Virus record (IMG/VR): IMGVR_UViG_3300036982_000556 | Location: 3,498-67,497 of that record | Origin: a virus | Taxonomy: Duplodnaviria > Caudoviricetes | Direction: 5' to 3' (one strand) | Length of the DNA: 64,000 nt | Part shown: in pieces, positions 56,660 through 64,000 of the stretch | Position numbering within the stretch: the first letter of the stretch is position 1 | Layout: each line of letters opens with the position of its first letter | Notes under the pieces: generated by a model | Seen by the model: the letters and a program-made list of their open reading frames with translations, nothing else | What the model was told of the DNA's origin: nothing | Databases searched by the model: none | Translations under genes and position numbers: made by a program

Positions 56660-56727
56660 TGCTTATTATAGCACGATGATCTACACAACATGCAAGTCAG
56701 TAACAAACATTTCTAAGATTTCTTTTC
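56660..56727 (-). promoter_or_regulatory. Repeated promoter driving the glycosyltransferase trio
   Basis: AAAAGAAATCT...GACTTGCA...GTAGATCATCGTGC-TATAAT. Confidence 0.75.
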
Positions 56728-56744
56728 CAACCCCGGACGCGAAG

Positions 56745-56772
56745 AAGGGGCCGGTTTCCCGACCCCCTCCCC
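56745..56772 (-). terminator. Hairpin after the major capsid gene
   Basis: gggg-tcgg-GAAA-ccgg-cccc followed by ttctt. Confidence 0.6.
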
Positions 56773-56787
56773 GAACAACAAACCCGA

Positions 56788-58803
56788 TTAGCCTCGTGAG
56801 CAATCGACGTAATCGCTTGTACCGATAGGAGCAACACCCGTTGGGCAAAGCTCCAACTCAAGACGAATCGACTCAAGACCAACCTGACAAACCTGAACCC
56901 ACTGCTCAGAGAAGATTTGCAGATCGTTAGTCCCGTTGAGGATTGAATCCCGCACGATACCAACATCCAAGGTGCCGCCATCAAGACGAACATAGGTGCC
57001 GGGAGCGAACAGGTAAGCAACAACAGTCGCAGGGAACATGTTTTGTGCGTTAGCACCCTGAGCGTCATTGAATGCCTGACCAGCGCCAGTAGCGGAGTCG
57101 TAGTACCACACGACATCAAGGTTGTTAGAAGCCAACCATGCGTTGACCTCAGCCTCGCCAGCCGTAAGGAAGTTCATGCCAAGCGCACCATCGTTCACGA
57201 TGTCAGCCTTGATGAACTCCACATACCAAGATGGGAGCATCAAAGTCAGAACCGAGTTGATCGCCATGTGCTGACGACGACGGTAGTTCGCAGCAAGAGA
57301 CAGAATCGACAGAGTAGAAGTGCGAGTCGCACCGTATGTCTGCCCACCGTAACCAAGAGTCACAGCAGTAGACGTTGCGTCGATTGCGTCAAGGTAGAAG
57401 ATTTCCTTGGTTGAAGTGAAAGCCACCGCAAGGTCTTCCAAGAATGCTGCAACCTGCTCAGGGAACACCCGGTAGTTCAAGTTGCCGAACTCCACACACT
57501 GAGACACAGCGTCAACGCGGCATTCCTCAATCGGCGGGCAGTCAACATGGACACAAGGCTTAGGAGCGGTAAGACCAGAAGCGTCACCGTAACCGGCAGC
57601 GTCCTCAGCCTCAGTCGTGACACGAACACCCGCAAGGGCATCGGTCCAGTCTGGAGGAGTGATGAAGCGGATACCACCACGAGGAGCCTCAACAGTTGGG
57701 AGAGCCTGCTCAACAGGGTTGATCTGCTCAGCCAGACGGAAGAACTCATAGGAAGGAGGCAACGGTGCGCAGTTACCACCGGAAGCAACAAGCGAAGTCC
57801 GCTGTTGCGACTCAAGCGCCCAGCTTGTGCGGACGGTATCGAACACTGAGAAGTTTTCCTCAGCGCCACCGGCCACCTTGTTAGGCAGGTCAGACTGTGC
57901 GGTTGCAAGAACGATACGCTCATACGACCCTGAAGAAGCGTTGTTCATTCCGTGACGCTTCTTAGTGATCGCAGTAGCAAGCTCCATGCGGTCAAGAGCG
58001 GTGCCTTCACTGATACCGGGAACAGCGTTCGACGCGTGCAATGCAGCACCCGTAGAAACCGTTTCACCGATAGGTGCAACACCGTCGGGGACAAGCCGGG
58101 TCAGCGCAGAACTGGCCTCGGCACCTGTAAGGGAACTGCTGTCTTCCATGCCGCTGACCTCCGTGGACAACTCGATTGTGGAATCTTCAACCACCTCAGA
58201 CACGATGTCTGCGGCGGGTACTGCAACCTCGGCTTCAACTGCTAGTTCAGCAATCTCAACCTCGGGTACTGCTTCAACTTCAACTGCCGCTTCAACAGCC
58301 TCAACCTCAACCTCAACGGTTTCGATCACTTCGACTGTCTCAACAACCTCAACAACTTCAGCAACCGCTTCGACTGCTTCGACTGCTTCTTCTTCCGCAA
58401 GTTCAGCAACAACCTCAACCTCAACCTCAACTACAGGTTCAGGGTTAGCCTCAACAACGGTTTCTTCAGCAGCGAACTCGGCCACAACCTCAGTAGCCAT
58501 CACAGGTTCAGTCACAACAACTTCACCCATGTCAGGAACCATGTCAGGGACAGGCTCGGAAAGTTTGCCCAGCGCTGCGGCGACACGATCAGCACGATCC
58601 TGACGTTGCATCTCCCGTGCTTTGATCTCGTTATTCACACGATCAAAGTCGGCCACAAGCATTTCAACTTGCGCAAGAGCCTCGTCAGAATTAGCTGCGT
58701 CGGCACCAACGGCCTCGGCTTCTGCACGAATGGAATCGCTAAGAGCAGTAAGGTCGGCATCGACCACTGCTGTTAGGTCTTCTGGAACAACGATTTCTGC
58801 CAA
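56788..58803 (-). CDS. Major capsid protein with N-terminal scaffold-like coiled coil and E/V/A-rich linker
   Basis: LVASGGNCAP...RGGIRF...C.EFGNL...FPEQV...LDGGTLDVGIVRDS.LN.TND.QIFSE. Confidence 0.88.
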   Translation of the reverse strand: MAEIVVPEDLTAVVDADLTALSDSIRAEAEAVGADAANSDEALAQVEMLVADFDRVNNEIKAREMQRQDRADRVAAALGKLSEPVPDMVPDMGEVVVTEPVMATEVVAEFAAEETVVEANPEPVVEVEVEVVAELAEEEAVEAVEAVAEVVEVVETVEVIETVEVEVEAVEAAVEVEAVPEVEIAELAVEAEVAVPAADIVSEVVEDSTIELSTEVSGMEDSSSLTGAEASSALTRLVPDGVAPIGETVSTGAALHASNAVPGISEGTALDRMELATAITKKRHGMNNASSGSYERIVLATAQSDLPNKVAGGAEENFSVFDTVRTSWALESQQRTSLVASGGNCAPLPPSYEFFRLAEQINPVEQALPTVEAPRGGIRFITPPDWTDALAGVRVTTEAEDAAGYGDASGLTAPKPCVHVDCPPIEECRVDAVSQCVEFGNLNYRVFPEQVAAFLEDLAVAFTSTKEIFYLDAIDATSTAVTLGYGGQTYGATRTSTLSILSLAANYRRRQHMAINSVLTLMLPSWYVEFIKADIVNDGALGMNFLTAGEAEVNAWLASNNLDVVWYYDSATGAGQAFNDAQGANAQNMFPATVVAYLFAPGTYVRLDGGTLDVGIVRDSILNGTNDLQIFSEQWVQVCQVGLESIRLELELCPTGVAPIGTSDYVDCSRG

Positions 58804-59041
58804 TTTAGAACTCCTCCAGCTTGAGCGTTAGGTGTTGTACCGCAGCTACGGACTAACCGTTACCGCTCAACCCCGAATTGTTAGGGCTGTTAGTCGAACA
58901 CCTTAGAACATGAAATACCAACTTGCGTGCATAGCTTATTCGACAGGGCGTTGCGCACCGGGTGGTCTAGGCGGAGGAGGGGTCGATCTACCTTCCGTGA
59001 ACTGAATGAAGTCAGGCGCAAGGATGCCTTCAGAAACCCGC

Positions 59042-59401
59042 TCAGGCTGGGCAGTCCGGGTCGGCGGGGTCGGTGGTTCTTCCGGGTTGTCGTTCTTCCC
59101 ACGGTTCTGCTTGTGCCGTGAGGTTTCTATAGTCAGGACGATTTTCACTTTGTGACCTTACTCTTTTGGATCGGTTCATAATACGTCGCATCTCTTTGCG
59201 TTGCCTGCCGGATGTGCCGCCGTATACGCCGTCGTCCTCGTCAATGTTCGCTGTCAAACATTCCTGTTGGACTTCACATCCTGAACAGAATTGTTTAGCT
59301 TTGACGACCTCGTTGACTTGCCCTTGCTTGGGAAAGAACATGCTAGGGGGTTTGCCCCTACAGCGTGCTTTGAGTTTCCAATCATCGGGGCCGTCTTTGA
59401 T
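59042..59401 (-). CDS. whiB: WhiB-family transcription regulator (start codon uncertain)
   Basis: W...ARC...FFP...AK.FC..C.V...CL...GVYGGTS..QR, with four Cys. Confidence 0.85.
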   Translation of the reverse strand: MKDGPDDWKLKARCRGKPPSMFFPKQGQVNEVVKAKQFCSGCEVQQECLTANIDEDDGVYGGTSGRQRKEMRRIMNRSKRVRSQSENRPDYRNLTAQAEPWEERQPGRTTDPADPDCPA

Positions 59402-59456
59402 CCGGTGATGTTATACGAATGACACGGGTGTAGTTCGGTTGCCGGTTTGTGGGTTG

Positions 59457-59525
59457 AAAAGAAATATCAAGATTGTTTGTTATTGACTTTCAATGTGTAG
59501 TTCACCGTGCTATAGTAAAGAGATG
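59457..59525 (+). promoter_or_regulatory. Repeated promoter with leaderless start
   Basis: AAAAGAAATATC...ATTGACTT...GTAGTTCACCGTGC-TATAGT-6-ATG. Confidence 0.75.
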
Positions 59526-59621
59526 CAGAACGAACCGACAACTCAAGAGGAGTGGGACCAAGAAGACGAGGAATGGGACCAAGAATGGGAAGACGACGAG
59601 CGCGACGACGAGCGGGGCTAA
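59523..59621 (+). CDS. 32-aa hyper-acidic mini-protein
   Basis: Leaderless ATG in the same context as 10086; translated by hand. Confidence 0.55.
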   Translation: MQNEPTTQEEWDQEDEEWDQEWEDDERDDERG

Positions 59622-59650
59622 CCCCTAGTCACCGCACCAAGGAGCAAGAC

Positions 59651-59914
59651 ATGGAAACAATCAAGTTCACCAAAACAGAAGAAGGGTACAAAACCCCCGA
59701 CGGGCGATTCACAATCACCCCGTGGATCAACCGAACCAACTCCACCTCCCGTGGCTCAGGTCGCCGCAACTGGCAAATCACCGATACCACCGGAGCCGAA
59801 CCGTTCGTCTTTGGCTCACGCCGATCACGCCGACCAATCAACACTCGCACCGTTGAAACAGTCGCAGAAGCCCGTAGCGTTATCGCTCGGGTCATCTGGA
59901 TCGAAACCCAATAA
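59651..59914 (+). CDS. Hypothetical basic protein
   Basis: AAGGAG RBS. Confidence 0.7.
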   Translation: METIKFTKTEEGYKTPDGRFTITPWINRTNSTSRGSGRRNWQITDTTGAEPFVFGSRRSRRPINTRTVETVAEARSVIARVIWIETQ

Positions 59915-60004
59915 CGACTTGGCCCGTGTAGTCAGCGCAACACACGGGCCAAGCGGACCAACGTCGCCCGCACCCCGCCCAGCCTGCGACGGCGGCGAGC
60001 CAAC

Positions 60005-60358
60005 CTAGACCTCACGACCCATCTTCCTCCGCACCAAGTGCAAAGCCCCACACCCGTCAATCAAATCCCCATCCCAACACTGCCCCTCACAACGCGCAAC
60101 CCAAGCAAACTTATTCACCCGGCGAACCACAAACTCAGACAACCCACACCCATCACACTGATCGCCCGCAACAACCTGACCCTCATCCGGCTCAGACTCA
60201 GACACAAAAAACCACTCATCAGCAAGCCGATCATTCGGACGAAACGCCCAAACCAGATCACCATGCTGTTTACAAAACGTGTTGTTATCAGAAGAACGAG
60301 TCTCATGCGACAACACAACACCGCACCCACGGTCAGCGCACCTAGACAACCTTCGCAA
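60005..60358 (-). CDS. Cys-rich hypothetical protein
   Basis: Several CxxC-like pairs. Confidence 0.6.
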   Translation of the reverse strand: MRRLSRCADRGCGVVLSHETRSSDNNTFCKQHGDLVWAFRPNDRLADEWFFVSESEPDEGQVVAGDQCDGCGLSEFVVRRVNKFAWVARCEGQCWDGDLIDGCGALHLVRRKMGREV

Positions 60359-60929
60359 CCAGACGCTTCACACGGCTAGAGAACAACACACCCTCATCCG
60401 GCTCATGGTTCCACGGGTTCGACAAACCCAACAGTCGTGCAACCCGGCTATGCACCGACATCACATCCCCACCACGAGTCCCCGGCACCGCCCAGCGTGA
60501 CGGCGGCTCAGTGTTCATCCGAGCCAACCCATACATCAAAGCAAGAGCAGCGCGCAGTTCGTCGATCTCACTCCGACTGTTATCAACCGCATGGATCTTA
60601 CAAACCAGCGAAGTCCAAATCGTTGTCGCAGAACCATGCTTCCCGTTAGCAAGCGTGTTCTTCTTCCGCCCTGAATTACAAATGATCCCCTCGGCAGCAG
60701 CAGAACGGAACCTCGCACCAAGCGCACTGTTCGCCCCCGTCGGATTAGCAGGCAACCCCATCCGCCACACATCCTCAGAAGTAAACTCCAACGACTTCTC
60801 AGCTAACCGAAAAATGTAGTCATCGGCCAGAGACTTCCACTCCTCAAGCGCATTCCCGTCAGCCCGGTCAATACCCGCATCCGCCGCTTTACTCGCAGCA
60901 TCCCAATCCAAACCGATTTGCTCATTCAT
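60342..60929 (-). CDS. Hypothetical phage protein
   Basis: EFTSEDVW...ALGARF..AA..GII pattern recalled from phage proteins. Confidence 0.65.
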   Translation of the reverse strand: MNEQIGLDWDAASKAADAGIDRADGNALEEWKSLADDYIFRLAEKSLEFTSEDVWRMGLPANPTGANSALGARFRSAAAEGIICNSGRKKNTLANGKHGSATTIWTSLVCKIHAVDNSRSEIDELRAALALMYGLARMNTEPPSRWAVPGTRGGDVMSVHSRVARLLGLSNPWNHEPDEGVLFSSRVKRLVAKVV

Positions 60930-60987
60930 ACACACAGGATACACGGGCGGGTAGACACCCCAAGCGTCCACCCGCCCGGCCCAACGG

Positions 60988-63309
60988 CTAGTGGCCTGTG
61001 TCGCAGGAGCAACCCGACCCAACATCACTAGCGGGGGAAAGAGCAGCGAACTTCGCAGCAGCAGCAGCAGCCCGAACCGGACGCAACGCCTCACGGAACT
61101 CAGCAAGCTCAACATGAATATCGTTCAACTCACGGCGCATATCAGACCGCTCAGTATCCGCAGTATGAATCATCCCCGCAGCAACAAGCGCAGTCACCTC
61201 ACCGGCCACAGAATCCCACACCCCACGAGGAGCAGACAACTCAGCGCCAGACGCAACCAAGCCCTCAACAATGAAGCCCGACACGTTCACCGAAAGCAGA
61301 CCAACAACCTCAAGCCTGCCACCCAACTGCCGCCAATCAGGAGAAACATCCGAACCACGGAACCGGCGAACCTGCTCCGCAGACAAACCCGGACGCAAGG
61401 CCCCAGCCGCTACGATGCCGAACTCGTTTTCATAGAGCGCAACATCGGCCACAGCGCAACCCGTGTCAGCATAAAAAGCTTGCGAATCAGAAGCAACCAA
61501 CCGCAGATTCGGGTGAACCGTATCCATGTAAATCGGACCAGAAGCAACAAGCGTCCCCTCAGCAGTCAAAACATTCTTGTTACGGAAGTGCTTGTAAGCG
61601 CAACCAGACTTAGGAACCGGGACACAACGATCAGCGAACCCGATATGGCAAGAACCCCACGCAGCAACAAGTCCGTAGCAGCGCCCATCCGGGTGAACCG
61701 TGAATGGCTCAATGCCCGTCATATCACCCGGCAAGAACCACTCCATCGGCGGGTTAGCAGGAACCTCAACCGACGCAGCAGCAGAAGCAACCAGAGCGGC
61801 CAACCCCTCCTCAGCGTTCTTCTCGCCCGGCAACCAAGCGCCCAGCGGTGACGGAACACGCCACACATCGCCCTCAGCTTTAGACCCGGCAGCAACCAAA
61901 CCTTCCACCTCATCACCTGTCAAGACCGTGACAAAAGCTTCTTGGAAAGCAGGGAACGGGGTAAGAGTCGCGCCCATCAAACGGCCAGCAACCAGCACCT
62001 CAAGCGCATCAACACCACCGAACAACATGTCCTCAGCATCAACAGCACCACCATCAGCAGTCAAGAACTCAACCATCACAGAGTCAATGTCGGCAGACAC
62101 ACCCCGCATCGTTCCCTCCTTCAGCAAACGATGAGCCTCAATGCCTGCGGAACCAGAATCGAAGAAGCCTCGGCCAACAATGTTCTGACCCTGACGCTCA
62201 ATCTCATGGATCGACCCTGCGATCACAGCACCGTCGTGGCCTGAAGCGTTAGCAGTCTGCAACATCAAAGGCAACGGAAGCTCACGCCAAGTCAAAGCGT
62301 TCTCAGCAATCTTGCGGCCATCGCCAGAAGCGATCCCCTCAACGATCAGCACACCTTCCCAATCGTAAAGAGTGACAGGAGTCTGAATCATCTCTGGTTC
62401 CTCAGCGAGCGTTGTGCCATCAGCGGCCATCATTGCCTCGCCGCCATGCTCACCGCCACCACCGTATTCGCCGCCTTCATCTTCTTCTTCAGCCTCGGCT
62501 TCAACAACGATAGAAGAACCAGCAGGGATCGTCACAACAATCTTGTCGTCCTCATCCTCATGTTCCATACCGCCACCGCACATGCAACCCTCGCCATGAT
62601 CTTTGGCGTAGCAGCCCTTCTCCTCAGACTCACCACCAATCTCAATCTCAGCTTCAACCTGTGTCACCTCAAGCTCAACTTCAATGACCGGGTTGCCGAA
62701 CGCTTCAGCATCCTCGGCAGCAGCAACAGCAACCGGCTCCTCAACAGCATCCTCAGGGGAAAGACCAGCAACCGTCGCCTCGGCCCAGCGGCGGGCGAGT
62801 TCGGCCATCAACTCATCATCCGTGATGCCAGTCATGTCGCCATCGTTCACAACGATCTGGCCTTCTTCAAGTTCGACCGGCTCAAGCGCTTGCGTTTCAA
62901 GCATGTCGTCCTCTACTTCACCCTCGTGCATGTCAAACGATTCCGGTTCCACTGTTTCGCTCACTGCTTCAACCTCCATCTCAGCGGTGACCACGGGAGC
63001 GGTAACCGATTCTTGTAACTCTGACATTGCACCGGCAAGCATTGCGGTGAGCATCGCTTCCCGGTTTACAAACCCTGTTGGTGTGGTGCTGTTCGTTGCG
63101 ACTTCCGGTATCTCCGATGGGAGCGCCTCGGCGGTCAAGTCAACGTCGGGGTTGTCCATCTGCCCGATCCATGCTTCTGCTTCAGCAACAGTCAGGTGGC
63201 ACGAATCGTGAATGATTGTGCCGTCGTCGGCAGCGGAGACTACGGCCACTGCGAACCCCCCGGAGGGTATCGGGCAGTACGGGCTATCGGGTACGACTTG
63301 AAAGCTCAT
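60988..63309 (-). CDS. Capsid maturation protease with long acidic N-terminal region
   Basis: SGDGRKI...LPLPL...GHDGAVIAG...RGVSAD...GATL..FPAF; upstream of MCP. Confidence 0.8.
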   Translation of the reverse strand: MSFQVVPDSPYCPIPSGGFAVAVVSAADDGTIIHDSCHLTVAEAEAWIGQMDNPDVDLTAEALPSEIPEVATNSTTPTGFVNREAMLTAMLAGAMSELQESVTAPVVTAEMEVEAVSETVEPESFDMHEGEVEDDMLETQALEPVELEEGQIVVNDGDMTGITDDELMAELARRWAEATVAGLSPEDAVEEPVAVAAAEDAEAFGNPVIEVELEVTQVEAEIEIGGESEEKGCYAKDHGEGCMCGGGMEHEDEDDKIVVTIPAGSSIVVEAEAEEEDEGGEYGGGGEHGGEAMMAADGTTLAEEPEMIQTPVTLYDWEGVLIVEGIASGDGRKIAENALTWRELPLPLMLQTANASGHDGAVIAGSIHEIERQGQNIVGRGFFDSGSAGIEAHRLLKEGTMRGVSADIDSVMVEFLTADGGAVDAEDMLFGGVDALEVLVAGRLMGATLTPFPAFQEAFVTVLTGDEVEGLVAAGSKAEGDVWRVPSPLGAWLPGEKNAEEGLAALVASAAASVEVPANPPMEWFLPGDMTGIEPFTVHPDGRCYGLVAAWGSCHIGFADRCVPVPKSGCAYKHFRNKNVLTAEGTLVASGPIYMDTVHPNLRLVASDSQAFYADTGCAVADVALYENEFGIVAAGALRPGLSAEQVRRFRGSDVSPDWRQLGGRLEVVGLLSVNVSGFIVEGLVASGAELSAPRGVWDSVAGEVTALVAAGMIHTADTERSDMRRELNDIHVELAEFREALRPVRAAAAAAKFAALSPASDVGSGCSCDTGH

Positions 63310-63399
63310 ATGGACTCCGAGAGTAACACGCCACACTGGGCAGTGCGGGGTGGTCTGACCTTACTATGAACTATGTCAAGATCCGAACAGCTTTCTTGA

Positions 63400-63465
63400 T
63401 AGAAAACTTTGTGAGTGACTTGATAATGTCACACCCCTGTAGTAGGGTAATCCACATGAACGAGA
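63400..63465 (+). promoter_or_regulatory. Repeated promoter with leaderless start
   Basis: TTGATA-ATGTCACACCCC...-TAGGGT-7-ATG. Confidence 0.75.
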
Positions 63466-63686
63466 CAACGAACAGATACTTCACCATCCAAGATCAGCTT
63501 GACATGGCACAAGCAACCCGCCTCCGAGCAACACGCGACCTTGCCGTATGGGTCAGAATGGGCAACGAGCCAACTTGCCCCGTCCGCCTCCGAGCAACGG
63601 TACTTGAATGCGTGCGTACCGGCAACCAGCACGCACTTCTACTTGAACAAGGTGCATTCAACCGGCGCTACGGATACAACCGTTGA
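63456..63686 (+). CDS. Hypothetical leaderless protein
   Basis: ATG 7 nt after the -10 box. Confidence 0.65.
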   Translation: MNETTNRYFTIQDQLDMAQATRLRATRDLAVWVRMGNEPTCPVRLRATVLECVRTGNQHALLLEQGAFNRRYGYNR

Positions 63687-63722
63687 AAGCGAGAAGTCCT
63701 CTCTACAAGGAGAGGGGACTTC

Positions 63723-63896
63723 TCAAACTTCGATCAACGGATCATCCCCATCAGACAAACCCAACAACACACTACGCCCCAACATCGCAACACCCGACGT
63801 TCCGAACAACTCATCCAACGCCTCTGTCTGCTCAGAAGGACTCAAGTCAGCAAAGTCAACAACGTCAATCGGCGGCATCGGCGGAATTTCAGGCAT
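63723..63896 (-). CDS. Small acidic hypothetical protein
   Basis: ATG just after the stop of the upstream partial ORF. Confidence 0.5.
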   Translation of the reverse strand: MPEIPPMPPIDVVDFADLSPSEQTEALDELFGTSGVAMLGRSVLLGLSDGDDPLIEV

Positions 63897-63903
63897 AACA
63901 AAA

Positions 63904-64000
63904 CTATGCCACACCCGCTAGACGCAAAGTCTCCCGCATCGCCGTCTGAATCGGAGCAAACGAATCACTAGCCCACGCATACGAAATACCAGAAGCCTGA
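63904..64000 (-). CDS. 3' end of a gene entering from outside the window
   Basis: Open frame ...YAWASDSFAPIQTAMRETLRLAGVA-stop. Confidence 0.45.
   Translation of the reverse strand, partial: QASGISYAWASDSFAPIQTAMRETLRLAGVA

Noticed and set aside
4290-58430. Recurrent GTTGAGG(G)TT / CCTCAACC motif and NPxPxVEVEG peptides
   Set aside because: Mostly explained by GTT-GAG codon preference in Val/Glu-rich linkers; no consistent intergenic position or orientation.
58804-58900. Novel riboswitch upstream of the major capsid gene
   Set aside because: Only one 7-bp stem (ttgagcg/cgctcaa) and short hairpins, ordinary for a highly expressed gene leader.
37299-63336. Long plus-strand ORFs opposite the tape measure, capsid and protease genes (e.g. 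39184-40356, 57965-58603, 60991-61851)
   Set aside because: Antisense shadows of biased-codon genes; no RBS, low-complexity S/T/P composition.
1-64000. CRISPR or TIGR-type array
   Set aside because: No regularly spaced short repeats with unique spacers. Repeats are dispersed promoters or a two-copy 120-nt unit; the RecB/Cas4-like gene is a common stand-alone phage nuclease, and no Nop-domain protein was seen.

Overview
A 64-kb segment of a GC-rich tailed dsDNA phage with siphovirus-type morphogenesis genes. The host is most likely Actinomycetota (WhiB, Rpf-like transglycosylase, TANNNT -10 boxes, leaderless genes). The minus strand carries the core virion, packaging and lysis genes: TerL, TerS-like, capsid protease, major capsid, adaptor, two paralogous tail-tube genes, frameshifted tail chaperones, a 1940-aa tape measure, minor tails, M15 endolysin and holin. 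The window also has recombination genes (RecB-like nuclease, SSAP-like, HIRAN, SSB, DUF932-like), four DNA methyltransferases, three ParB-like domains and three glycosyltransferases. About 17 copies of a conserved promoter element are scattered among the core genes, most driving small islands of short ORFs. Five copies instead drive long ORF-poor, strongly base-paired regions, and a sixth structured region has no such promoter. These read as a suite of candidate large non-coding RNAs: three share a 5' motif and one holds a tandem 120-nt domain with compensatory changes. The second highlight is a PLP-dependent enzyme domain inserted inside a DNA methyltransferase. No tRNA, CRISPR array, integrase, polymerase or reverse transcriptase was recognised. 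All calls are by eye and no database searches were run.
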